Positions 25,894-38,672 of a stretch of 64,000 bases of DNA are shown piece after piece. The notes below the pieces were generated by a model. The model did not search any database. It saw only the letters and a list, made by a program, of their open reading frames with translations, and was not told the DNA's origin. How positions within the stretch are numbered: the first letter of the stretch is position 1; each line of letters opens with the position of its first letter. This stretch comes from Utricularia gibba (taxonomy: Eukaryota; Plantae; Magnoliophyta): positions 186,001 through 250,000 of the forward strand of contig NEEC01000017.1 in NCBI GenBank assembly GCA_002189035.1, given 5' to 3'. The translations under genes were made by a program, and so were the position numbers.

Positions 25894-27901
25894 TCACCTG
25901 GTTACCTTGAACGACTGCACTCATGGAAATGGTGTAAACAAAATCAGCGAGGTGAACGTAAAACCAACCCCAAAGTAACCAAGTCAATAAGTTCAAGAAA
26001 GACATACCTTAACCCTTTTGATGAGCTCCTTTGCCTTCGGATCATTAGCAAAATGGTCACGCACTGGCTGCAAAACGTAATGCAAAGCATCCAAACATGT
26101 GTACCTTAAAAAAAAGCATTCAAGCATGTAACACAAGGATATGAAATTCCCGTACCTGCAGAATATGGTTCAGAGCCTTCGATAGAGCCGGCTTCAGATC
26201 CCCAGGGTGGAGCTCCCCGCTTTCATAATCTGCCACCAGCTCTTCAAAACACTTGAACGTCCTGACAAGAAGCAAAAAACGAGCAGAAGGTTGAAACTTG
26301 CAAATCTAAAAACCATTTTATATTAGGTAGCAATACTCACTTGTTGCCTCCATTCTCAGGCCTTCTCTCTACTGTAAATTCATGAAACCAAGGGAAAATG
26401 ATGAATTTAATGTACTCGAGGCATGGATTTTTTTCTACAACTTTCGGAGGGCAGAATGCTTTCTTTATCTTCAAATTCACCTCAGCCTATGAATGCCAAC
26501 ATCGTGGAAACAGACAGCAGAACCAGTTGAAGCAAAGATGGAGAGCAACTTAATGGAAGAAAATTAATCAGGATTCATGGCCTTAATTATTATCAGCGAA
26601 GTAGATGATACCTCCTCATCCTCCATGAAAATGGAGGAGGTTGGGTCACTCTTCGACATCTTTTCCTGCCCTTCTTGCAATCCGGGAAGCATATCTGGAC
26701 ATTAAGATTGATAATACACCAGTTCACAGAAGATAGAGATAAAATATTGAACAGTAGAAGTATTTACGATGAGACAATATTATAGGCTTGTTTTTCCGTT
26801 TGATGTCATCACAGTACTCCCTAGCAAGAACATTCACTTTTCTCTGGTCCATGCCCAACTGGCAGATATCAGCCTGTACAGACATAAGAAATAAACGCGT
26901 CTAAGATATGAGGCAACCACTTCTATGACAGAAACGAAAATCCTAGTTGGTCAGGATGAGAGTCGTGGTTCCTAATGATTAAATAATATCTACACATATA
27001 TAATAGAACACTCACTTTAAGAAAGAATATATCAGCACACTGCATGCATGGGTAGAAAATTTGAGCTGCCGTCAACTCATCTTGCTCTGATCGTCCCATG
27101 ATTTGACAACACCTATGAGGGACAAAGAAAAAAATTCTATTGACAATTCCATGAATTATCCAAAAAACCACTGTATTTCAAATGTGCACCTCATTATCCT
27201 TGGAAGCTTGTTCCTTCTTGCGATATCCATTACAAGAGGCCAGTACTCGTGAGCCCTGGTGTTGATCTCATCGGAAGACCACAAAAATTCCACTTTCCCA
27301 TCATCAAGATTCATTCCAACAGCCTTCCATATCTCAATCAGGTATTCACCCACAACTCTGATTTTCCTCAAGTCACCACCCATTTTGTTGTTCAGCTGAG
27401 CAAACCAATCAGCAATCCAAATTTTAACTTTACATCCAGCGGACGTTAGCTTGTTGACATTGATTGCTTTCATCACTCCCTGACAGAAAATACATTCCAG
27501 AAACACAGTTGACAAGGTTCAACAACCTGATTTCTTAGAAAATAGTGCCTCCAAAAAACACCACACATTTTGTAAGCATTCGACCTGTGCAATGTGCATT
27601 CTACCAGAAGGTTCAAATCCATCATAGCATATCGGTTGATTCTTGGATGCTAGCAACCGCTCCAGCTCATCTTCCTGAATACATTCCTCCCCTATACTCC
27701 TTATGATATCGAATCGCTCTTTTAAACTCATCCTATAACATCATACCCAAATTCAAAAACAAACTACAATCAACAATGACAGATTATAACTAAACATCCA
27801 TTTATTTTAGGATGAGATTACTCTGGCAGAGTAGAAATTGACAAAGAATCCAGCTGCTGTGCAGAAGGCGCATCGTCAGCAACGGCTTTCCAATCCGCCA
27901 T
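25894..27901 (-). CDS. Cytosolic tyrosyl-tRNA synthetase (multi-exon)
   Basis: YDGFEPSGRMHIAQ (HIGH-equivalent), KIWIADWFAQLNNKMGGDL, FYPCMQCADIFFLK, CQLGMDQRKVNVLARE, KMSKSDP, final exon SFKVTR*. Confidence 0.96.
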
Positions 27902-28291
27902 GAACACCTGAGGAGGTTAAGTTAGGGAAAAGATCAACACTTGAATTCAGCCGTCTATACCTCGAAATCCGAAAGTTAGAGGGTTTTGCACACGGGATTG
28001 TCCCCAGACAAACAAGAAACGACCACAGGCCCAAGGAACTTCCTATTTTTTTTTTTTTTTTTAGTCCTTTTCTTTTCTGAAGAAAGACCTGTGATTGGGC
28101 CTAATGAATTGGGTTGACGCAGAAATGTAGAAAACCCATTACGGTCCAGTTATCAAATAGAGAATACGCCCATAAATAATGGGGCGGAAATGAGGGAAAT
28201 TTTCAGTCGAGTCCGGGAAGAGTTTTCTCGATGGCCGTCGGCGACGACGCACCCGCCATTGCAGCTTTGTGACGGAAGATTTTTCTGAAGG
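27902..28291. promoter_or_regulatory. Short bidirectional promoter between TyrRS and PPR
   Basis: 390 bp between divergent ATGs; site II motifs GGCCCA at 28028 and TGGGCC at 28096. Confidence 0.55.
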
Positions 28292-29473
28292 ATGAAGGTG
28301 CTTTCCCATACATATAACCGCCGAGTTTTCCCGATTCTATTTCCGGGGCACGGTTTCTCAAAGCATTTCCATCAATTTGCCCCTCGTGGGGAGCCTCTGC
28401 ATGCTAAAGTCTCCCAGAGCAGTCAGGATCTTCTCTTTTACAAGGACTGGCTGAGCCAGCCGGAGGTAATCCGGGTTTTCCACAGTCTTAAAGACCCCAA
28501 TTTAGCGCTCCCGCTTTTGGACAAACTCTCGCTTCGTAAAGATTACTATCCTAACGAATCAATCTACTCCACCGTGATCGAAAAGCTCGCAGCCTCCAGA
28601 AACTTTGATGGAATCGAAGCCCTGATGCTGAAAATTAAGGGTGAGCGCAAATGCCGCCTTTCCGATAAGTTCTTCCGCAACGTGATTAAGATCTATGGGC
28701 ATTCAGCTGGAAGAATCAACATGGCGATACAAACCCTCTTCGATATGCCTGACTACAAATGTTGGCCGAGCACAGCAACATTCAATTTTCTGCTGAATTT
28801 GCTTGTGTCAAGCAAGCAATTTGACATCGTGCACGAGGTCTACTCCGCTGCTCCTAGACTTGGTGTTGAGATTGACGCCTGTTGTTTGAACATAGTCATC
28901 AAAGGCTTGTGTGAATGTGGCCGGATTGAGTCTGCCTTCAGAGTGCTCGACGAATTTCCTGAGCAGAACTGTAAACCAAATGTGAGGAGCTTCTCCACTA
29001 TCATGCATGGGCTCTGCCAAGCTGGGCGTGTAGATGAAGCTTTTGATTTATTGAAAAGGATGGAAACGGAGAGCGTGGAGCCAGATTCTGTTGTTTTCAA
29101 CATACTAATATCAGGGCTCAGGAAGCACGGCAGAGTGAAGGAGGCTATTGAGTTATTTGACAAGATTATGCTCAGTGGATGCTACCCCAACCCGGGTGCC
29201 CATCAAGAAGTTTTATATTGTTTGCTCGACGAAAAGAGGCTCAAAGAAGCCAAAGTTTTCATGGGAAGAATGATAGAGAGGCGCATGAATCCCAGCTTTG
29301 AGTCTTACAAGTTGCTTCTGCAAGGCTTCTGTCATGAGAGCCTTGTGGAAGATGCTGAATGGGCGTTGAACCAAATGGTTGCCAATGGCTTTGTTCCAAG
29401 GTGGGGTACATGGAACCACATCGTACGCTCTCTGGGGGGCCTTGCTGTGATTCCGGAACTCTCAGCTTTCTAG
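28292..29473 (+). CDS. P-class pentatricopeptide repeat protein, At3g14580-like, probably mitochondrial; intronless
   Basis: 393-aa ORF with tandem 35-aa repeats (DACCLNIVIKGLCECG, PNVRSFSTIMHGLCQAG, PDSVVFNILISGLRKHG) and N-terminal KDWLSQPEV. Confidence 0.95.
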   Translation: MKVLSHTYNRRVFPILFPGHGFSKHFHQFAPRGEPLHAKVSQSSQDLLFYKDWLSQPEVIRVFHSLKDPNLALPLLDKLSLRKDYYPNESIYSTVIEKLAASRNFDGIEALMLKIKGERKCRLSDKFFRNVIKIYGHSAGRINMAIQTLFDMPDYKCWPSTATFNFLLNLLVSSKQFDIVHEVYSAAPRLGVEIDACCLNIVIKGLCECGRIESAFRVLDEFPEQNCKPNVRSFSTIMHGLCQAGRVDEAFDLLKRMETESVEPDSVVFNILISGLRKHGRVKEAIELFDKIMLSGCYPNPGAHQEVLYCLLDEKRLKEAKVFMGRMIERRMNPSFESYKLLLQGFCHESLVEDAEWALNQMVANGFVPRWGTWNHIVRSLGGLAVIPELSAF

Positions 29474-29695
29474 GATCTACATTTCCTCAATCATTTACTT
29501 TATCTAACTTGGAAGCCATACAAGACCCAGTGCATGGTGCACAATCACAAAATTCACCTGTCAGAACAGCATTGAAAACCGAGGTGTACGCACTGAACAA
29601 GTGTATGTACAATCACACTAGCACATGAAAGACATGATTCCGTGTATATGATGTATGGTATAACTGGGAGCATCCAGCAGTCCCTCAAATAAAAA

Positions 29696-32600
29696 CTACC
29701 TTGCAGAACTGAAAGATACGGTCCCTGGAGTGAGAACAGGAGATGGCTGAGGAGATGATGATATCGGGGAAGCCAGAATGACCAGATGATTTCGTTCTCC
29801 CCCTGGCGGACGAGACTCCTCATCAGAAGATCCCTCGGTTGAAAGTCCTCCACCCTTTTCCGATGAGCCGGCTTCAGCATTGGACTTTGATGAAGACTTC
29901 CTCGAAAGCGCAACCCTCAAACCACGAGCAGACTTTCCAGCGTGTTTCAAAATGTCCTTGGCAGCATCCCTCTTCCGTTGACGTGGGCTCCCTGGTTCGT
30001 TTTCGTTCTCTACTTGCTCCTTGGGAGATGGAGCAGCTACGGATTCATCAATCATCAACTTGATACCACTTCCCTTTGAGTCTGACGACCTGATATTATC
30101 ACGAGGGGTGATGGCACATGAACCTTTCTGGGATTCTGTAAACGAGCGAGACTTCTCATCTCTTGAACTCCTGCGGCGGAAGGCTGAACCAAGCATTTTA
30201 AAACCCTCAAAAACTGGATTATCCGAACCCCGTTTATCATAGTCCATGGTTTCATCTGTACTGCTGCCTTCATTGTGACGAGGGGTCCGAGGTTTAAGAC
30301 TTCCATCCAAGTTGGGAGCATCCAAGCCCCTGCTTTTTCCCTTTCTTGGCTCCCAGGCTTGTGCTGTCTCACTACCCGGGTGATGAACCCAGACTCCAGT
30401 TTCTGCTTGCCCTTTCACGTCAATAGGCTCAAACTTATCCGCAACTCTGTGGGAATATTCTGACGATCTTGACGATAACGGGTCTGCCTGCGAAGAATCG
30501 TCTATAGAAGACGCTTTATTGTCTTCTTCAGGGCCTTCCGCATCATTTGAAGGATCAGAATCCTGCTTGAACATTCATGCTTATTACACTCAGGAAACAT
30601 AGGACAACTGACCATGAAGTCGTGCTAGCCCTGGAATTTTCTACAAGGTACCTTCAAATTTACTTCTGAAACCGTAATTGCGACATGCATTCTTCCCATT
30701 TTGATCTTCTGGAGAGCCAGCCACATATCGTGCCTCTCCCCACCCCTAAGCTCATTGATGTTTATACAGCAATCTCTGCACAGTTAGCCAAAGATTGTAG
30801 CGTTATGCAGCAGGAAAACTTACTTTCACCACGTGCTGCAAGTTAAGTCTCACATCAATCCATCCTTCCATCTAAAGAATAGCAGAGATATGCGTACCCC
30901 AACGTGTCATCATTCAGGAGATCCTTATCACGAACTTCCAAGACGAGTGTGTTCTGTGATTCCCACGAACAGATGGGGATCTTGAATTCCTCAAGCCATT
31001 TAGGAGCCAGTGTTTTCCTCTCAGTCTTGGTTCGAAATCTGTATGGCCCCATGCGCCCCTTCACATAGGGGTCGGCCAAACCTGAAAAGTGCATACCAGT
31101 TAAAAAACCAACGAGTTTGATGATGTCACCGTTTCATATCAAACTTACCGTTCATATCTGATGGCTTTATTTCTGCGGCTTCGAGAACTTCCACAGTAAC
31201 ATGGGCAATCGGATCCTTAGCATTGACAGAGAACCAATTTTCTGACATTGCAAAAAGGAACTAGCTTTTTCATGCCTCTGCTATGTTTGCAGCGTCTCAC
31301 AATAGTAAACGTGGAAGACTACAATCAAGAATGAGGTTGGTACCTTGTTGAGGTGAGACAAATTTTTCTACATCAACCACCAGCATATTGGGCTTTTGGA
31401 TCATAAAGGAAGAGAGGGATTGGTTAGCACAGCCAAATGCAAATTACAGGCGGTTTTCACATCCTCCTGAATAGAGCACAAAAATATTGAATCTCACCTC
31501 AACCAATGTTTGCTCAAAGACGAGAGCAAGAAGATTGTCCTATTAAAAAAGCAGGGAAATTTGGTAGTGATCAGAAATATTCAAGAGAAGAGGAAAACGC
31601 CACAGCATGAGATTGAGTTGGAGTGTGTTTGTGTCTGGTTAACGACTGATACATGAGCCAATGAGTGTACTCACTATCCAACCAGCGATCCCTGGGAGTT
31701 CTGTGACGTCGAGGCCTCGAGTGAAGATTGGCTTAACTGTCATCTGAAAATACGGTGGACCAACGAAACAAAGACGTAGACGGCTTATGTAGGGCCATTG
31801 ACGAAGAAATTTTACGCCAACCAACACCTACAGAAAAATTACATGAAGGATAGCTCTGAATATGCTGATGCAGGATTGTCAGTATATAAGATGGCACAGC
31901 AGTCATGCACAGGAAATTCATTGCGACACTGAAACGTCACTTTTACCTTCCCTTCAATATGCAAGCCCAACAAATGCAACTTTGTCAACACTCCAAAGCC
32001 TAACCTCTTCCTCAGTTTCACTGCAAGCACTGAGCTCATATCATCTGCCGTAAGAAAATTCATTCCTAGCTCCATGACCTGCAGTTTTCCCAGTCAAAGA
32101 ATGGCCAAGAAAAATTAGTGTAAAGAAATCTACATCGACTTAACTCTTGGGACCTCACTCACTTACCAAATGATCGTCACCACTGGCTTGTTGAACAATT
32201 CTCATATCAGTAAATGCGGGTGGGGATCTACCCAAGTAAAGATTCTGCATAGCAACATCTCCCTGTGCCAAGAAAAACTGGATCGTTAGAAATGGTGCAT
32301 TTGTCTGTATAGAATGCTACTTTTTTTAAAAAAAAAAAAAATTAAAGGTAGCGTCACGAGAACTCCAGTTACCGAGCCCCTTGAGTCAGAATGGGAGAAA
32401 AGAAAAGAAAAGAGGGGAAGTTGGTTGTTTCAATACCTACCACTGTCCAAGGTTTATATTTTTTCAAGAACCAGGGAGCGATAGGGAGAAGCATTTTCTG
32501 GGAAACAATCTCCTCCATGCAGATAGGCCACATCTTCTCTACAGCATAGTTTAGCCATCTTAAAGTTTCAGATTCCGAAAGTACCTGGAATACAGAAGTA

Positions 32601-33002
32601 AACGATACCTTATACACTAGGATTTATCTGTATAAACAAAAAAAGGGATACTTCATCATTATCTAACTATACGACATCAAAGATTAAAGGCCTTTTTCGT
32701 CATGAACTTATTTACCCGTCTTTGATTGGACTCTCGCTTTTCCTCGAACTGCAGTTTCTTCCTCAATTTCAGAACGTACCCTTCGTGAACCTTCAATTTG
32801 ACAAAATCCCATCAGTGAAACTCTAAGCACAAAGATCTCCAATACAAACATAGGACACAGAGGCGGAACTTACGAGAAAGAGATACACGAAGCAGAGAAG
32901 GTAAACGAAGGAGGAAGCATAGTTGAAAAAATTGAGACACCAAAGCACAAACAGAGCAATGCACACATGATGCAGGATTGTGGCTTCGGCTATACTACCC
33001 AT
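29696..33002 (-). CDS. NTMC2T6-like protein: N-terminal TM, SMP and C2 domains, long disordered C-terminus (At1g53590/At3g14590 family)
   Basis: MGSIAEATILHHVCIALF (TM), SESETLRWLNYAVEKMWPICME, LYLGRSPP, ELGMNFLTADDMS, GLADPYVKGRMGPYRFRTK (C2); canonical introns. Confidence 0.93.
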
Positions 33003-34097
33003 ATGAAACAAACGCAAAGATTGCACAAACTAGAGATATTCACAGTAATCGGAAACTGTCCCAACACACAGAGGAAAAAACTCCGCCCAACTCTAAACCG
33101 CTTAATAATATCCAAAAGGGATAATCTCCATCGAACTTTCTCATAGAAACTGCCCAAACTGGTTATAGCAACGACCCAGGCATCATAAATCCGACCCCAA
33201 CACGACCGACAGAGTTCCGGGTAAGTGTTGAGGGGGCCTGTATATCCCAGGTATCTTAGACGACAAGCGAAAGAACCAACGATTGCCGAGATCCTGGTTG
33301 CTGGAGATAACGGGTCCCCGTAAAATTTAGCGGCAAAATTCTCCACAACGATACATCTTTGCAACCGAAATTCTCCACTGTCACACCACCGAAGCAATCC
33401 TATTCCCGCCGGCTCCGCGTATAGAAATGATCGAAGTCAGGCTATCTCACAGGTAGGGGGTGGGGAAGGCTCGAAACGGTAGGTAACCGAGTTGAAAATT
33501 GAAAGTAAAGAATGCCGGCGAATTTAATTGCTTGTAGATCCTAGTAGAAGCGCTTCGACGACATCTCTGTCAACGCTCCAAACTCAGTAGAATGAACGGT
33601 CACCGTATCCCAAGGTTGTTGTTTTTTTTTTCTGGACTACAGAACAAAAATAGAAGGTTTTTCTTACTCATCTCTATCCAACCCTGGGAACGGCACAAAA
33701 AATGGAGCCTCCATGGAGTCATTCCAGAAAGTCTTGTTTCTTTTTCCACGCATATCTGGAATCGTGGTGGCTGGAAAGGTGAAAAAACGCGTAATGCGTA
33801 TCAAGCCGACGCCAAGGTACAATCCGAAAGACCGGATTATTCCTCCGATTCTTCCACGCGTAATACTTTATCCAATTGAGCTCGATAGCCTACCGCCATC
33901 CCCACTGTCGGCAGAACGAGATGTTTCTTTTCAATTTCCTATCAGCCAATCCAACGAAAAAGAAAAATTCATGAGTGGGCTTTTCTGGGTAGGCTAAAGT
34001 ACAACAATGGTGTGGGCAGAATCTAGTCGATCACAGCAGCTCAGGTTCATATTTGGGCCTGGTCCTGGGCCTAATTAGAGGAAATCTGGTATCCATC

Positions 34098-34167
34098 CAC
34101 GTGGCCGAAGTATAGCGTCCAGCAAAGCTAAGAAAATCTATTATTATCCAAAGAAGTGCGCCACGTG
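34098..34167 (+). promoter_or_regulatory. LHCA3 promoter: two G-boxes and a CCA1/evening-type AAAATCT motif
   Basis: CACGTGG at 34098 and 34162; AAAATCT at 34133, ~200 bp upstream of the ATG. Confidence 0.65.
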
Positions 34168-34345
34168 GAATGCTGGCATTGGAGTATGAGATCCCAAGTC
34201 TATCGATTGGCGTTGAATCTGCACCACATTTCTGCATCTGTCGTCTTGTTTGTTTATTTCATCCGGTTCAGTTCTTCTTCTTAATACGAAGTTGGGTACC
34301 CATTTTCGCAGCAAGAAACAGAAACAGAAGTGCCGTCCGTAAGAA

Positions 34346-35312
34346 ATGGCAGCTCAAGCTCTTGTCTCCTCTTCCTCCATCTGCTCTACGGCGGAGGCCA
34401 CCCGCCGCATCTTTGCTGCCCGGACGGTACAGTCTTCAAGAAAGGCATCGTTTGTCGTCAGGGCTGAAGCCACTCCTCCTGCAAAGGTATGCTGTTGCGA
34501 ATCAAAATCGCGCTCCGTTTTCTATGTCTGCGTACGCCATTGACGACGATTGACTGTGTTTGTCAGCAAGGAGCCGATAGGCAATTGTGGTTCGCTTCCA
34601 AGCAGAGCCTTTCCTATTTAGACGGAAGGTGACTGTTTCACTTCCTTCTTCTTACGTAACCCCGACTGAAAACTTAACGCTGCCATTCAACTTTCAGTCT
34701 CCCTGGTGATTTCGGGTTCGACCCTCTTGGTCTCTCAGACCCAGAAGGCACCGGAGGGTTCATCGAGCCCAGATGGCTAGCCTACGGCGAGATCATCAAC
34801 GGCCGTTTCGCCATGTTGGGTGCCGCCGGAGCCATCGCCCCAGAAATCCTTGGAAAAGCAGGGCTCATCCCCCGGAAACCGCACTCCCCTGGTTCCAAAC
34901 CGGTGTCATCCCACCTGCTGGAACATACAGCTACTGGGCGGATCCGTACACCCTGTTCGTGTTCGAATTAGCACTGATGGGTTTCGCGGAGCACAGGAGA
35001 TTCCAGGATTGGGCAAAGCCAGGATCGATGGGGAAACAGTACTTCTTAGGGCTGGAACAGGGACTGGGCGGATCCGGTGACCCAGCTTACCCCGGTGGTC
35101 CGTTCTTCAACCCGTTGGGATTCGGGAAAGACGAGAAATCGCTCAAGGATCTGAAGCTGAAGGAAGTTAAGAATGGGAGACTGGCGATGCTGGCCATCTT
35201 GGGTTACTTCATCCAGGGTATCTTCACCGGCGTCGGCCCCTTCCAGAACTTGTTGGATCACTTGGCGGATCCCGTCCACAACAACATCTTGACCAACCTC
35301 AAATTCCACTGA
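34346..35312 (+). CDS. LHCA3: Photosystem I chlorophyll a/b-binding protein 3 (3 exons; -1 frameshift at 34869-34873 as assembled)
   Basis: [109 protein letters not shown]. Exons 34346-34486, 34567-34628, 34698-35312. Confidence 0.97.
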
Positions 35313-38300
35313 GCGCACCTTTTCGTGCTTTCCATTGCTCATCGCTCTTCTGTGTAAATTGTGAAGCTTAAATGCACTACCAAATCTTAATTCTTATGAC
35401 CCTTGAAAAAATCCAAATGAAATACAAAAAAAGAAACCAAAATGGGTTGGTTTAAAGCGATCCATGAGGAAAATCTTCGAATGTTAATTTATATACATTC
35501 TTTTTAAATTGGCTATGTGCATAATCAATATAAATGTAATTAAATGTAATTATTGATTAAATAGATTTTAATTAATATATACTTTTTTAAAATAAATTTA
35601 AATATACAATCAATATTCAATATAACATAATTTAATATGATCAATATAACATACAAAGAATCAACTTATGTAGATTTATAGGTAAATTGTGTGTATCAAT
35701 TCAATATTCAATATAAATATAATTAAAAAATAAATTTATATTAAATTTTTATTTAATAAATTAAATATATTGATATTGAAAAATATTTAATGTTCACATT
35801 ATTTTTATATTTAAATAATTTGATAATTCGAATATTGATATTGTAAAATATCAATATAATAAAACATAATTAATTATTTTAATAAATAATAAAAACATAT
35901 TTTTTATGTTATTGATTATATCATTATGTGTTGAATGTCATTTTATAGAAAATGTAAAGCATTACATGGTGTTAACTTTCACAAGTGGTGTTAATTTGAC
36001 ACTTACACCCCTTGTGAAATTATTAACTTTAAAATATATATATATATATACTATTTTCAAATGATTTGTAAAATACATGATATTTTACAAATAATTTGAA
36101 ATTTTGCATATTAATATTAATTTTATATTTGTATATAATAGATATATATATATATATATATATTATTTTCATAATTATTATATTACAATTGTTTATACTT
36201 TAATAATTTGTAAAGAAACAAAATATTTTTTTTCTTATAAAAGTGTATTTGTGATATTATAATTTTTAAAATACTTTAATTCTACATTAAATAAAGAATT
36301 TACATTTATTTTCAAAAAAAATTTTAAATAATTATGGTACTATCGAAGATGTATGAACTCTCAATCTTAATAGCATATAAACAAATTTTTTTAAATATTT
36401 TTATATAAATCACGTTTTTAAGTTAATATAAATTGTACTATAAATCACACTTAACAAATTTGACGGAAATGGTATAATCTACATATACGTAAAACAATAA
36501 TATTATTTCTTATAATTTTACTGAAAAATACATATATGTTTAAACATTTTTAATTTACAAACTATATGTATTTTGTAAATGAATTTTTCCACATACATGG
36601 AAAAACCTGCCTTACCTTTATTCTTTGCTATTGTATATAAAAAAACAAATGAATCATGAGATTGGTTCATATAGTACATTGGCACGACTAATATTAGATA
36701 AACCAACAGGCCTTCATATAGTGACACTCAAACCATACTGTATTAGATAAATCAATCTGTTTAATATCTTAATGATGTGATTTAATAAGAAAGGGAGGAC
36801 GATTTTTGTCTAATTTTATTAAAAAGTGTGAAAAATGACATTGATACTACATTCAATATCTACGAGCAAACCTTATGAATAAATTTAAAACTAATATAAT
36901 TAAAGATTGATTTAACAAGATAATGTATATAAGTTACATTAACAAATTTGAGAAATGCATGAGTAACATTAAATATCTTATTATTAGAATATAAGAATAT
37001 TCGTAAACAATTCCTACATAAAAATAGATTTTGTCTAATGATTGTGATAATAGATATAACGTTATGATAATGAACAAAATAAAAGGAATGAATGGTGAAT
37101 TTTTGGATGCATAATTTTTTTTCATTAATAGTATTAATTTAGATACTACATTAATATTATTTTAAATGAAATGTTTTAATATATAATCCATATACTTCAT
37201 GCAAGTAATGTTCACACTTTTCAAAAAATATCTGTATGAATGGTTGGAATAGATTATAAATATGAAACGTTAATATAAAATCTTTAGTATAGAAGTTAAA
37301 GGCTACTTAAAACGAAATAATAGACTAATCTCAAATAAAAATGTCAAAATTTATGATTGTCGATAAAATGTAGTTCATATCATAAATTTTTGTAAAAATG
37401 AATTAGACAATGTGTATCTAAATAAAATCAATTAACTTGTATTTATATTAAATGGTAAAATTATGATATATTGTGTTCCCATATATAAAGATAATTCTTC
37501 AAATTAAAAATTATTTACTATTTTAAATAAAATATTAATAGTAAACAAATTATTTTGTATTGATATCCATGTAAGCATATTGGAAAAAATCACTAATATT
37601 AGTCAATCCTATTTATTTTTTACAATGTCTATTAAATGCATTTCAAAACTAATTTCAATTATTCTAAATTGAGAAATATCGGTCTTAACTATTAATGGTT
37701 TTTTTATATTTTCTCATAATGTGATAGTCATATTTATCATTGATGCTTTTGGTTTTCTATACATATGAATAGAAAAAAAGATATCTTTTAAATAAATATG
37801 GATAGAAAAAGATGTAATCATATGAACACAAGATTTATGTATATGGAAGAAAATACAACTTCAAGTTATTCATAATTACATAAATCATTGGATATATCAT
37901 GTGTACATAGCTTTAAATTAATTCCACAATCACCACATGACTTTATAGAATAATGATTGCAATACCTAAACTTCAATCCACTAGTATTATCAAATCAATA
38001 ATCATATAATAAAAATATATTTCAAATAATATTTTTTTTCATAAAATCATATAAATGTTCTATCCTATAGCATGTACTAGTTATATTGATTAACTACATT
38101 ATATTGAATATTGATTATATATTTAAATTTATTATAATAAATATATTAATTCAAATATATTTAATCATGAATTATATTTAATTACATTTATATTGTTTAT
38201 ACACATAATCAATTTAAAAAGAATACATATATATATTAACATTCATACTTGTTTGAAAATTTGAAATTTTTTTTATTATATTTACTAATTAATTATCGCA

Positions 38301-38672
38301 TATATCGATGATCAATGACGATGCAAGATTTTCAATTTTTTTAAAAAAACATAAAATACTTTTCCTAATTAAAAAAATCTACATTGACATCTATATGAAC
38401 AAAATGGATTTATATTTGTTTAATATAAGTTGAATGAAAGAAAATAAAAAAATTAAACTGGCCAAAGGAAGGCCCAATGCGACTGACACACGTGTGTGGG
38501 ACGGGACCTACTTGAAAGACATAAATCATGTGATTTTCAAACTAGCCGTTGTTGCATCGGCTCCTCAAGTTTGAAAGATCCCAAAATCTGCTTCCGTCGC
38601 CACTTCTCCAAAATAGGAGCAGGAAAATCTGGTGCCTTCTCCTCCTGAACTTAAAGATAAATTTATGCAGTG

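Noticed and set aside
37900-38100. CTAG-T motifs as a possible Helitron 3' end
   Set aside because: No GC-rich subterminal hairpin and no identifiable 5' TC end.
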